The translations under genes and the position numbers were made by a program. This document shows, piece after piece, positions 42,861-52,385 of a stretch of DNA of 64,000 nucleotides (position 1 is its first letter; each line of letters opens with the position of its first letter). The notes beneath the pieces are model-generated. The model ran no database searches. It saw only the letters and a program-made list of their open reading frames with translations, and was not told where the DNA came from. Origin of the DNA: Candidatus Saccharimonadales bacterium (GTDB taxonomy: Bacteria > Patescibacteriota > Saccharimonadia > Saccharimonadales > JAGQMS01); the NCBI GenBank assembly GCA_038317375.1, contig JBBQBM010000001.1:1447-65446 (forward strand), given 5' to 3'.

Positions 42861-44435
42861 ATGGGTAAATTTCTAAACAGAGCAAACGGACGACTAACTC
42901 TCAGTAGTGCGGCTTTTCTTTTAGCCGGATCATCGTTGGTTGGTACGGTGCTAGGCATCGTACGGACGTCGCTTATTAACTCAAACTTTAGCCCTTCGTC
43001 GGCCAGCTCTTATTTCGCAGCCTTTAAAATTCCAGATCTGATTTTCTTTACACTTGCAACTGGTGCGCTTGGCGTCGCCTTCATGCCAGTACTGTCGGAC
43101 AAGCTATCCAAAGGCGGTCGCAAACCAGCGTGGGAGTTAACATCGAGCATTTTAAACATGCTAGCACTTGTGACTCTAGTGTTTTCTATAATCTCAATAA
43201 TTTTCGCAAGACCGCTACTCGAACATATCGTGGCACCGGGCTTTACCCCAGACCAAATAGACCTAGCCGTAGCGGTTATGCGAATAGTTTCGATCAACCC
43301 ATTCCTGTTTGCCATCTCAACCGTACTAACCAGCGCTCAGCAAAGTATCGGCCGGTTCTTTTTCTTCGCAGTTGCGCCGCTTTTTTATAACACCATGATA
43401 ATTACGGGCATTGTTTTCTTTGGCGATAGTCTAGGAATCGTGTCTGCGGCAGTCGGTGTAGCTATCGGGGCTATGCTCCAACTTCTTGTCGTTAGCTTCG
43501 GCATGATAGGCACTAACTTTCGTTATAGGTGGGGAATTAACTTTAAAGATGCAGGTTTCCGGCAGGTAATGACTACTTTGCCAGCCCGTTCGGTCGATCA
43601 GGGCATTGATTATATAAACAGTATTGTCGAAACTCGCTTTGCGTCTGGTATTAGCCGGATAGCTGTCGCTAACTACGAGAACGCTCTCCAGCTTCACAAT
43701 GCTCCAGTTATGCTAATTGGCATCGCTATTTCTACAGCCGCCTTCCCGAGGTTTACGGAAAGAATTTCTCAGGGCCGACCAGATCTTTTCAGAAAAGAAT
43801 TTCTACAAGTTCTTCGTGCCATGATTTGGATCGCCCTGCCGGTCGTTGTTATATCGTATTTTGGGCGTGAATACTTCGCACGCCTTATATTCAAGCGAGA
43901 GAACTTAGAAATCGCTGTGATATTTGGGTCGCTCGGAGTGAGCATATTCTTCAGAACACTTTATACGATTATTTCGCGTTTCTTTTACGCCCAGAAAGAC
44001 ACCAAGACTCCACTGTTTGTGTCGATCTTCAGTATCGGGCTTAACATCTATTTGGCCTATACGCTTTCGCGCCCTGGTTCCTACGGGATTGTGGGATTAG
44101 CAATTGCGCAGTCGATTGTGGCGGTTGTTGAGGTAACGATTTTGCTTCTCATCATGATCATCAAGGACAAAAAACTATTTAATGCTCGATTTGTCGGCGC
44201 TATTGGTCAAATCTTATCGGTTTCTGGTTTCACGGTTTTGGCCACCTACCTTACTGTCAAAGCTTTGCCTCTTCATTCCGGAGACTTCGGTATAACGATT
44301 TTCGCCAAACTTGGCATCATCGCCGTAACTAGTTTGCTTGTGCACCTAATTTTCTCTGGCGTCTTCAAGCTTGAAGAATCCGCACCGGTTATTCAGCGAA
44401 TACGCAAAATTATATTGCGACCAGTCAAAATCTAA
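42861..44435 (+). CDS. murJ: lipid II flippase MurJ
   Basis: 524 aa, 14-TM MviN/MurJ pattern (..FKIPDLIF.., ..PRFTE..). Confidence 0.85.
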   Translation: MGKFLNRANGRLTLSSAAFLLAGSSLVGTVLGIVRTSLINSNFSPSSASSYFAAFKIPDLIFFTLATGALGVAFMPVLSDKLSKGGRKPAWELTSSILNMLALVTLVFSIISIIFARPLLEHIVAPGFTPDQIDLAVAVMRIVSINPFLFAISTVLTSAQQSIGRFFFFAVAPLFYNTMIITGIVFFGDSLGIVSAAVGVAIGAMLQLLVVSFGMIGTNFRYRWGINFKDAGFRQVMTTLPARSVDQGIDYINSIVETRFASGISRIAVANYENALQLHNAPVMLIGIAISTAAFPRFTERISQGRPDLFRKEFLQVLRAMIWIALPVVVISYFGREYFARLIFKRENLEIAVIFGSLGVSIFFRTLYTIISRFFYAQKDTKTPLFVSIFSIGLNIYLAYTLSRPGSYGIVGLAIAQSIVAVVEVTILLLIMIIKDKKLFNARFVGAIGQILSVSGFTVLATYLTVKALPLHSGDFGITIFAKLGIIAVTSLLVHLIFSGVFKLEESAPVIQRIRKIILRPVKI

Positions 44436-44461
44436 GCCACCTCTGTTATACTGTGCACTAA

Positions 44462-46240
44462 ATGCATCAGGATAAAATTCGGAATTTCTGCATAATTGCA
44501 CACATCGATCATGGTAAGAGCACGCTCGCCGACCGTCTATTAGAGCTAACTGGAACAATCGACAAGCGTCAGATGAAAGAACAGGTTCTCGACAAGATGG
44601 ATCTTGAGCGAGAGCGAGGAATTACTATCAAACTCGCTCCGGTACGGATGAACTATAAAGGGTATCAGCTGAACCTAATTGACACACCAGGGCACGTTGA
44701 CTTTAGTTACGAAGTTTCGCGTAGCTTAGAAGCCTGTGAAGGCGCACTACTTGTTGTAGACGCCTCGCAGGGCATCCAGGCCCAAACTCTAGCCAACGTT
44801 TATTTAGCACTTGGGGCCGACCTAACGATTATCCCAGTTCTTAACAAGATTGATCTGCCGGCTGCTGAAGTTGTAAGAGTTACGAGTGAAATTGTATCGT
44901 TACTCGGCTGCAAGCCCGAAGAGGTCTTAGCAATTTCTGCGAAGACTGGAGTTGGGGTTCTAGAAGTCCTAGACTCTGTGATCGATAAAGTACCAACGCC
45001 GACTGGCGACGAATCATCTAACCCTCGGGCATTAGTATTTGATAGTTTTTATGACGAATATCGTGGCGTCATTTTGTATGTCCGCGCAACAGACGGCAGT
45101 ATCAAAAAGAATGCTCGCATTACTATGGCCGCTACAAAAGCTAGTGGAATCGCGTTAGAGGTTGGTTTTCTCTCGCCAGGAATGACACCAGCTGCTGACC
45201 TGAAGGCAGGCGAGATTGGCTATGTCGTAACAAACTTTAAGAGCACGTCCGAAGCTCGCGTTGGCGACACGGTTCTACTAGAAGATCGGCCGGCCGAAGC
45301 TTTGCCTGGCTACAAAGAAGTTCGTCCTTTTGTTTACGCCGGGTTCTTTCCTAGTAGTAACGAGTTTTATCCAGCCCTAAAAGATGCTGTCGACAAATTA
45401 AAACTTAGCGATTCAGCGTTAGTCTACGAGCCCGAGAATTCTCCAGTTTTAGGACATGGCTTCCGCGTTGGTTTCCTTGGGCTTTTACACCTCGACATTG
45501 TCCGTGAACGGATTATTCGCGAGTTTGACATTGATTTGATTGTCACCAACCCATCGACCGACTACAAAGTTGAACTAACGGGTGGTGAAGAGCTAGACAT
45601 CAAATCGGCCAGCAGTATGCCAGACAACACTCTAGTTAAAGAGGTCAAAGAACCCTGGATTAAGGGCGAAATTGTTTGCCCAAAGAAATATGTAGGTGCA
45701 GTGATTCAGCTTATCTCTGAAGCTCGGGGTTTACAAAAAAATCTATCGTTTGTTGATGAACATTTGAGCATCGTGTCGTTCGAAGCGCCACTTGCGAACC
45801 TACTAACAGATTTTTATGACAACCTAAAAAGCCAAACCTCTGGTTACGGTAGCTTTAACTACGAACTCGATAATTATCGGGTCGAAGATCTAGTACGGCT
45901 AGATTTTTATATTGCCGGAGACATAGTTGAGGCGCTAAGTATTATGTGTCACCGCAGTGAGGCCGAAGCATTGGGCCGGTCGACGACAGAAAAGCTTAAA
46001 GACATTATTCCACGCCAGAACTTTAAGGTTGCCGTTCAGGCGGCAATTGGCGGAAAATTCATTGCCCGTGAGGACATCAGCGCTTTTCGTAAGGACGTAA
46101 CGACCGGACTGTATGGTGGCGACGTCTCGCGAAAGAAAAAGGTTCTGGCCAAACAGAAAAAGGGCAAGGAACGAATGAAGCGCTTTGGGAAAGTTGATTT
46201 ACCTGCCGAAGCTTTTACAGTACTATTGAAGCGAGATTAA
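44462..46240 (+). CDS. lepA: elongation factor 4 (LepA)
   Basis: IRNFCIIAHIDHGKSTLADR, DTPGHVDF, NKID and the LepA C-terminal domain. Confidence 0.95.
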   Translation: MHQDKIRNFCIIAHIDHGKSTLADRLLELTGTIDKRQMKEQVLDKMDLERERGITIKLAPVRMNYKGYQLNLIDTPGHVDFSYEVSRSLEACEGALLVVDASQGIQAQTLANVYLALGADLTIIPVLNKIDLPAAEVVRVTSEIVSLLGCKPEEVLAISAKTGVGVLEVLDSVIDKVPTPTGDESSNPRALVFDSFYDEYRGVILYVRATDGSIKKNARITMAATKASGIALEVGFLSPGMTPAADLKAGEIGYVVTNFKSTSEARVGDTVLLEDRPAEALPGYKEVRPFVYAGFFPSSNEFYPALKDAVDKLKLSDSALVYEPENSPVLGHGFRVGFLGLLHLDIVRERIIREFDIDLIVTNPSTDYKVELTGGEELDIKSASSMPDNTLVKEVKEPWIKGEIVCPKKYVGAVIQLISEARGLQKNLSFVDEHLSIVSFEAPLANLLTDFYDNLKSQTSGYGSFNYELDNYRVEDLVRLDFYIAGDIVEALSIMCHRSEAEALGRSTTEKLKDIIPRQNFKVAVQAAIGGKFIAREDISAFRKDVTTGLYGGDVSRKKKVLAKQKKGKERMKRFGKVDLPAEAFTVLLKRD

Positions 46241-46242
46241 TC

Positions 46243-46509
46243 ATGAGCGATAAATACAAACACAGCCATCTTCCCTTTACCGAGCTAGAAGAAAAACTGG
46301 TTAAGGAACTTGAGAAAAAACGAGATCGTGTTAATAAAAAATTCCCATTATGGACAGCTCTTGCAGCAACCTTTGGTGTTGTGGTAATCTGGTATGGCAC
46401 CACAAAACTAATCGACCAACTACCATTTTTTGTAAATAACCCCTGGACTCTGATTTTTATTGGCGTATTTGTTCTAGTAGCTACTGGCAGCACCTACAAA
46501 AAACTCTAG
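46243..46509 (+). CDS. hypothetical small membrane protein
   Basis: 88 aa, two TM helices, starts 3 nt after lepA. Confidence 0.55.
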   Translation: MSDKYKHSHLPFTELEEKLVKELEKKRDRVNKKFPLWTALAATFGVVVIWYGTTKLIDQLPFFVNNPWTLIFIGVFVLVATGSTYKKL

Positions 46510-46955
46510 ACCATAGAGTTTAGGTCTTCATAGACTTCTGTAAAGTTCTTTAATGGGTTCACGCCTTCATATTTCTTCACAATCTCGCCTTTGGGGTTGA
46601 TCAAATATGTATCTCGGTTGATTCCCATATATTCTCGGCCCATAAATTTTTTCAGTTTCCATGAACCAAATGCTTTGATTGTATTGGTTGATGGGTCGCT
46701 AAGTAGCGTGAAGTTCAAATTGTGTTTAGTGACAAACTTAGCGTGGCTAGCAACAGAGTCCTTGCTAATACCAACAACTTCGGCTCCGAGCGACCTCAGC
46801 ATGTCGCGCCCGTCACGAAAACTGCAGGCCTCTTTAGTGCATCCGGGAGTACTGTCCTTAGGGTAGAAATAGACAACTAGCCACTTGCCAGCATAGTCTT
46901 TTAGCGAATGTTCTTTATTATTTTGATCAGGAAGCGTGAAATCTGGTGCTATCAT
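46506..46955 (-). CDS. bcp: thioredoxin-dependent peroxiredoxin (Bcp type)
   Basis: FYPKDSTPGCTKEAC active-site motif. Confidence 0.9.
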   Translation of the reverse strand: MIAPDFTLPDQNNKEHSLKDYAGKWLVVYFYPKDSTPGCTKEACSFRDGRDMLRSLGAEVVGISKDSVASHAKFVTKHNLNFTLLSDPSTNTIKAFGSWKLKKFMGREYMGINRDTYLINPKGEIVKKYEGVNPLKNFTEVYEDLNSMV

Positions 46956-46982
46956 AGGGTAACTCCATTTAACATATCTAGT

Positions 46983-47714
46983 ATGTCAGAGAATTATCTA
47001 AAACATCTGGTCGAATTTCAAAAGTTACTGACGGGCTATACGCCTAGAGTTGAGTTCATTGATGCGCTTAAAGATATGAAGCTTGTATTACTAACTTCAC
47101 CCGCGGCAACCGGCAAGAACACTATCATTAACCAGTTATTGTTGACTGGCAGATATCAACATCTCGTGTCGGACACAACCAGGCACCCGCGTATAAATAA
47201 TGACGTGCCAGAGGTTAACGGCAAAGAATACTGGTTCCGTAGTGAGCTAGAGTTTTTAGATGGCCTAAAACATGGAGACTACATAACGGCCGAGATTATT
47301 CATGAGCAGCAGGTGTCAGCTATAAATCTATCAGAAATTATTAATGCTAAGAGCCAGAACAAAGTCGCGCTTGCAGAGGTTAATATCCACGGCGCTGCGC
47401 ATATAAATGATTATTCTGACAACATACTCCCAATTTTTTTACTGCCACCAAACTACGAAGAATGGATGCGCCGGCTGGAAAGTCGCGGACAGGTTAGTGA
47501 TGACGAGAAGATGAGAAGAGTGCGCAGTGCGCGTGATGAGATTCGATACGCACTAACCGCCAACTTCTTTACATTCATGATAAATAGCGACATACGAATT
47601 ACCTCGCAGAAAATTGACGAACTAGCTGTGACGGGAAAGCCGAATGAAGAACACGAATCGGTCAAGAAACACGCCGAGGCTTTTTTGGCGCGATTAATCA
47701 AACAGTTAGGTTAG
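46983..47714 (+). CDS. guanylate kinase-like protein (degenerate P-loop)
   Basis: Trimmed to MSENYLK. SPAATGKNT P-loop-like and SDTTRHPR..E.NGKEYWF guanylate-kinase motifs. Confidence 0.65.
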   Translation: MSENYLKHLVEFQKLLTGYTPRVEFIDALKDMKLVLLTSPAATGKNTIINQLLLTGRYQHLVSDTTRHPRINNDVPEVNGKEYWFRSELEFLDGLKHGDYITAEIIHEQQVSAINLSEIINAKSQNKVALAEVNIHGAAHINDYSDNILPIFLLPPNYEEWMRRLESRGQVSDDEKMRRVRSARDEIRYALTANFFTFMINSDIRITSQKIDELAVTGKPNEEHESVKKHAEAFLARLIKQLG

Positions 47715-47895
47715 CACTCTTGACTGGCGTCAAGATTGCTAAGTAGTTTCATTGCCTGAATATTGTCTTACTGCGCCCTAGACTAGCTAGTTTCTCCTGC
47801 GATTCTACTTTCGGTAGCTACGGCTACAGAAAGTTCTGATTCGCAGAAACTAGCGTCTATTGCATCAGCAATCCAATACCCAAACACCCAAACTA

Positions 47896-47922
47896 TTAGC
47901 ACTCTTGACGCTTGAGTGCTGA
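47896..47922 (+). promoter_or_regulatory. CIRCE operator overlapping the hrcA promoter
   Basis: TTAGCACTC-TTGACGCTT-GAGTGCTGA. The embedded TTGACG and TATAAT at 47929-47934 lie 8 nt before the hrcA ATG. Confidence 0.85.
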
Positions 47923-47942
47923 AAATCGTATAATTAGGCTAA

Positions 47943-48647
47943 ATGACAGAGCGTCAATACAAGATTTTATCGGCGATAGTTGAACAATACGCCGAAGTTG
48001 CTAGCCCAGTTGGCTCGCAACTCTTAGCGCGAGCTTTTAATGTTAGTAGTGCCACTATTCGCGCTGATATGGCTGAGCTTGAAAACCTGGGCTTTATTCA
48101 CCAACCACACACCAGTGCGGGGCGCGTCCCAACGGATCGAGGTTATAGATGGTATGTTAATAATTTGCAGGCGGCCGAACCATATACTGCGATTGAACGT
48201 AATGCGAGAACGTTTAATACAAGAGTTATTGGTGCCGGCGAGCCAACTCAGGCTATTAAGTCAGCGGTCGACAGTCTTGTTGATATGACCGGCAACCTTG
48301 GTATTGGTACGATAGGCAGCCAACTCTATATGAGCGGGCTTTCAAATCTATTCGCCCAACCAGAGTTTGCCACTGGAGATATGCTCAAAGGCGTAACTTA
48401 CTTGCTAGATAATCTCGAGCCGTGGCTGCGCGAAACAGCGCCGAACCAACCCCTAAATGTCTATATTGGTAAGGAGAATCCAATAGGTAAAGCTAGTGGT
48501 TGTAGCCTTATTATTAGTCGTTTTCGTAGCCCGTATTCTGATAAAAGTTACATCGGAGTAGTTGGTCCAACCCGCCAAAGCTATAGAAACGTAATGGGGC
48601 TAGTGTCACACGCCGGCCAAATGCTAGAGGAACAACTTTATGCCTAA
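47943..48647 (+). CDS. hrcA: heat-inducible transcription repressor HrcA (short form)
   Basis: N-terminal winged helix ..ILSAIVEQY....PVGS..LA......SSATIR.DMAELE..G; 234 aa. Confidence 0.85.
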   Translation: MTERQYKILSAIVEQYAEVASPVGSQLLARAFNVSSATIRADMAELENLGFIHQPHTSAGRVPTDRGYRWYVNNLQAAEPYTAIERNARTFNTRVIGAGEPTQAIKSAVDSLVDMTGNLGIGTIGSQLYMSGLSNLFAQPEFATGDMLKGVTYLLDNLEPWLRETAPNQPLNVYIGKENPIGKASGCSLIISRFRSPYSDKSYIGVVGPTRQSYRNVMGLVSHAGQMLEEQLYA

Positions 48648-49086
48648 GAAACCAATCAAAGAGAACACCCAAGTCAGTGAGTTAACTGCTAGTCTTCAGA
48701 GATTGCAGGCCGATTTTATCAACTTCAAAACTCGCTCCGAAAAAGAGCGAGGCGAAACTTTGAGATTAGGCCGAGAAATGGCCGTCTCAGAATTGTTGCC
48801 GGTATTTGACAATCTTGAGCGAGCATTTGCGCATACACCAGAAGAACTAAAGGAGAACACATGGGTTAAGGGTGTTAATGCTCTCGAGAAACAATTACTT
48901 GACGTGTTAAGTAATTTGGGACTACAAAAGATTGGAACAATCGGTAAGCCTTTCGACCCGCGACTCATGGAGGCGGTTAGTGTCGAAGACGGCCCCGGCG
49001 AAGAAGTCGTGGTCGAAGAGATACAAGCAGGATACATGCTTGGAGACAAGGTTTTGAGACCAGCATTGGTTAAAGTTAAAAAATGA
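48640..49086 (+). CDS. grpE: nucleotide exchange factor GrpE
   Basis: ..LQRLQADFINFKTRSEKE.. and C-terminal ..GYMLGDKVLRPALVKV. Confidence 0.9.
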   Translation: MPKKPIKENTQVSELTASLQRLQADFINFKTRSEKERGETLRLGREMAVSELLPVFDNLERAFAHTPEELKENTWVKGVNALEKQLLDVLSNLGLQKIGTIGKPFDPRLMEAVSVEDGPGEEVVVEEIQAGYMLGDKVLRPALVKVKK

Positions 49087-49436
49087 CAAAAAACGTCGAG
49101 ATTGGAAAGTATACGGTTAAGCCTCAATGTGCCGGTGAGTGTGCTTTGGAGATTCAATGTCAGTCAAGTCATGGTAGAGCCGTAATAGGCGAACAGATAT
49201 TAAAGGCTGTAGAGCAGGACGACATACGACTTCTACCTACGGAAGTTCTCATTGGAAAAAAGTTAGGTAAACGACCAGTTGAAGGTAAGGTTTGTCTGCA
49301 CCTAGGTCGGCTTATTGGCGCTACATTGCCAGCTGATGATTCTGCAGAATCTATCGAAAGAGCCGAACAGGCATTAGAGTGGGCCGTAGAAAGAGGGTTT
49401 GGCTACCCGGCATCCATAAACCAAGCGAGGGGATAA
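49083..49436 (+). CDS. hypothetical protein inserted between grpE and dnaK
   Basis: 117 aa with ATGA overlap to grpE; Cys-rich N-terminus (CAGECALEIQC); no family recognised. Confidence 0.55.
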   Translation: MTKNVEIGKYTVKPQCAGECALEIQCQSSHGRAVIGEQILKAVEQDDIRLLPTEVLIGKKLGKRPVEGKVCLHLGRLIGATLPADDSAESIERAEQALEWAVERGFGYPASINQARG

Positions 49437-49463
49437 TTAGCACTCTTGACATGAGAGTGCTAA
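49437..49463 (+). promoter_or_regulatory. CIRCE operator overlapping the dnaK promoter
   Basis: Perfect TTAGCACTC-N9-GAGTGCTAA with an embedded TTGACA; TATCAT follows 17 nt later. Confidence 0.9.
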
Positions 49464-49527
49464 TTCGATATCATTAGGGGTAGAAACAGACCAAATAGCT
49501 ATAAATTAGTTAACGAAAGGCAAAAAA

Positions 49528-51459
49528 ATGGGCAAAATTATAGGAATCGACTTAGGAACAACTAACAGCGCAATGGCCGTCATGCAGGGGGGCAGTGCCG
49601 ATATTATATCTAACTCAGAGGGTGATCGAACTACGCCAAGTGTTGTAGCTATCAACAAGAACGACGAACGATTGGTTGGTAAGCTAGCTCGCCGTCAATC
49701 TTTAACGAATGCTAAAAACACTGTTTATGAAGTAAAGCGCCTCATTGGTCGCAAGTGGGAAGACAAAGAGGTTCAAAAGGACATCAAACTAATGTCTTAC
49801 GAGATGGTAAAAGCTGGTAATGGAGTCAAGGTTAAGATGGGCGACAAAGACTACAGCCCGGAAGAAGTTAGCGCCATGATTCTATCAAAGCTAAAAGCCG
49901 ACGCCGAGGCCTACTTGGGTGAGCCAGTTACTGAAGCGGTTATTACCGTTCCGGCTTATTTTGACGATTCTCAGCGTCAAGCAACTAAAGATGCAGGCAA
50001 AATAGCTGGCTTGGAAGTAAAACGCATCATTAATGAACCAACAGCGGCAGCTCTTGCTTATGGTCTAGACAAAAAGTCTAAAAAAGACGAAAAGATTGCT
50101 GTCTATGACCTTGGTGGTGGCACATTCGATGTTTCTATTTTGGAGCTTGGCGATGGAGTTTTCGAAGTTAAGAGTACGAATGGCGATACGCACCTTGGTG
50201 GCGCCGACTTCGACCGAGTTATTGTTAATCACCTAATCGAACAATTCAAGAAAGACAGTGGTATCGACACTTCAGACGACAAAGCTGTCATGCAACGTCT
50301 TCGTGACGAAGCCGAAAAAGCCAAGATTGAGCTTTCGACAGCTCAAGAAGTGAATATTAACCTACCGTTCTTAACAGCGACGGCCGACGGTCCGGTGCAC
50401 TTCGAATACAAGATGACCCGCGCAAAACTTGAGGAGCTGGTTGGCGACCTCGTTGATCGTACCGCCGAGCCTTGCAAGAAAGCCCTAAAAGATGCCGGTG
50501 TTGATATTAAGGATATCGACGCTATCGTATTGGTTGGTGGAATGACTCGAATGCCCGCAGTTCAAGCTAAGGTTAAAGAAATTTTCGGCAAGGAACCTAT
50601 GAAGGGTGTTAACCCAGATGAGGTCGTAGCACTTGGTGCCGCTATTCAAGGTGGTGTTTTGGCTGGGGACGTCAAAGACGTGCTTCTACTTGATGTCACG
50701 CCGCTTAGCCTTGGTATCGAAACGCTTGGTAGCGTTACTACTAAGTTAATAGAACGCAATACGACTATTCCGTCTAGCAAAAGCGAGACTTTCTCGACAG
50801 CTGCCGACAACCAGGCGCAAGTCGAGATTCATGTTCTGCAGGGTGAGCGAGATATGGCCGCCGACAACAAGTCGCTCGGTCGGTTCATCCTTGATGGAAT
50901 CCCATCAGCACCACGCGGTGTGCCTCAAATTGAAGTGACTTTTAACATCGATGCAAACGGTATTTTGAACGTTGCTGCGAAGGATAAGGGTTCTGGCAAA
51001 GAACAGAGCATTACTATCCAGGGTAGTTCTGGTCTCAGCAAAGACGAAGTCGAGAAAATGGCCAAAGACGCCGAGGCTCATGCTGAAGAAGACAAGAAAA
51101 AGCGTGAAGCGATTGAAAACAAGAACCTACTTGAGAACGCCATCTACCAAGCCGAGAAGATGAAGACAGACAACAAAGACAAGATTTCTGAGGAAGATGC
51201 TAAAACTATCGACGAAGCAGTCGAAGTCGCCAAGAAAGTTATTGCCGACGAAAAGGCCGACAAGGATGCTCTCGAATCCGCCGCAAAAGAACTAAGCGAA
51301 AAGATCATGCCAATTGGCGCAAAAATGTACGAATCCGCCGCAAAAGAGGACGAAAAGAAAGAAGAGGCCGACAAAGATGGCGACAAAAAAGACAAGAAAT
51401 CTAAAAAAGACGAGCCAATAGAAGGCGAAGTAGTCGACGATAAAAAAGACGAAAAATAA
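49528..51459 (+). CDS. dnaK: molecular chaperone DnaK
   Basis: GIDLGTTNS and DLGGGTFD motifs; 643 aa with a Lys/Glu/Asp-rich tail. Confidence 0.97.
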   Translation: MGKIIGIDLGTTNSAMAVMQGGSADIISNSEGDRTTPSVVAINKNDERLVGKLARRQSLTNAKNTVYEVKRLIGRKWEDKEVQKDIKLMSYEMVKAGNGVKVKMGDKDYSPEEVSAMILSKLKADAEAYLGEPVTEAVITVPAYFDDSQRQATKDAGKIAGLEVKRIINEPTAAALAYGLDKKSKKDEKIAVYDLGGGTFDVSILELGDGVFEVKSTNGDTHLGGADFDRVIVNHLIEQFKKDSGIDTSDDKAVMQRLRDEAEKAKIELSTAQEVNINLPFLTATADGPVHFEYKMTRAKLEELVGDLVDRTAEPCKKALKDAGVDIKDIDAIVLVGGMTRMPAVQAKVKEIFGKEPMKGVNPDEVVALGAAIQGGVLAGDVKDVLLLDVTPLSLGIETLGSVTTKLIERNTTIPSSKSETFSTAADNQAQVEIHVLQGERDMAADNKSLGRFILDGIPSAPRGVPQIEVTFNIDANGILNVAAKDKGSGKEQSITIQGSSGLSKDEVEKMAKDAEAHAEEDKKKREAIENKNLLENAIYQAEKMKTDNKDKISEEDAKTIDEAVEVAKKVIADEKADKDALESAAKELSEKIMPIGAKMYESAAKEDEKKEEADKDGDKKDKKSKKDEPIEGEVVDDKKDEK

Positions 51460-51462
51460 ACC

Positions 51463-51714
51463 ATGAGTGATTCCAATTTTGGTCACATAAACCCAGCGCA
51501 TAGTGATTATGGTCAATGGGAGTCTGAAGTTTTGGCGTGGAATAACCGGAATGCTGAGAACGATCCCTACGAACCATATCAAGGAATACCAACCATTTGG
51601 AATGCCGACTTGCATGCACGAGGCTTAAGAGACAGGGAGGCTTGGTTGGTCGATAGCGCGCATAAACTAAGCAGGCCATCTGAAGAAATACTTATTGAGC
51701 TAGGATTAGACTAA
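51463..51714 (+). CDS. hypothetical protein co-transcribed with dnaK
   Basis: 83 aa, starts 4 nt after the dnaK stop; no family recognised. Confidence 0.5.
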   Translation: MSDSNFGHINPAHSDYGQWESEVLAWNNRNAENDPYEPYQGIPTIWNADLHARGLRDREAWLVDSAHKLSRPSEEILIELGLD

Positions 51715-51758
51715 TCGGTAAACTAAAGAAGAGCTCAATAGGCGTATAATCAAAGTGT

Positions 51759-52352
51759 ATGTTGAATAAATCAATAGATAAAAGCTGGTTTCAAAAATGG
51801 TATCCCTGGCTATTAACTTGTTTATCGGGGATCGCTTTGATAGCTTCATTTTGGCAGGCGGTTGAACGTATTAACATGCTTAAAAACCCGGCAATGGCGC
51901 TCGGCTGCAATATTAATCCGGTAGTTGATTGTAGTGGAGTTCTAGGTAATCGTTTGGCTGCATTATTTGGCTTTCCTAATGCCTTTATTGGCATCGTAAT
52001 GTTTAGTCTGCTCTTTATGTCAGGCCTTGCGCTGCTAGTAGGAGTAAAGCCGACAAAAGGCTTCCGGAATATTGTCGGTATTCTATCTAAGGTTGCTGTC
52101 TTGTTTAGCGCTTGGTTCTTTTTAGTTAGTTTATATACTATCGGCAAAGTATGTATATTTTGCATGTTCATTTGGCCTGCTAGCGTAGCACTATACTGGT
52201 TCGGGGTTCAGTTTTGGTTAGAAGGTCAGGCAAAACCTTGGAAGTGGTTAGAAAGATTCGCCAATAAGTTTAGAATCGAGCCGATCCTAACAGTTTATTT
52301 GTTAATGGTAGTGCTATTTTTATCTCGTTTTCGTGATTTCTACTTCAACTAG
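51759..52352 (+). CDS. vitamin K epoxide reductase (VKOR) family protein
   Basis: Loop cysteines (CNINPVVDCSGVL) and a CIFC redox motif in the last TM helix region. Confidence 0.8.
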   Translation: MLNKSIDKSWFQKWYPWLLTCLSGIALIASFWQAVERINMLKNPAMALGCNINPVVDCSGVLGNRLAALFGFPNAFIGIVMFSLLFMSGLALLVGVKPTKGFRNIVGILSKVAVLFSAWFFLVSLYTIGKVCIFCMFIWPASVALYWFGVQFWLEGQAKPWKWLERFANKFRIEPILTVYLLMVVLFLSRFRDFYFN

Positions 52353-52375
52353 CACTCGGGGTGCTCAAGTGCTAA
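52349..52375 (+). promoter_or_regulatory. CIRCE-like operator upstream of dnaJ
   Basis: CTAGCACTC-GGGGTGCTC-AAGTGCTAA; overlaps a TAAAAT -10-like box. Confidence 0.7.
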
Positions 52376-52385
52376 AATATACAAA

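Noticed and set aside
47711-47742. A fourth CIRCE-like sequence, TTAGCACTC-N14-GATTGCTAA, at the end of the guanylate-kinase-like gene.
   Set aside because: The spacer is 14 nt rather than 9, the right arm is degenerate, and the left arm overlaps the stop codon. It is probably a decayed or fortuitous half-site, not a working operator.
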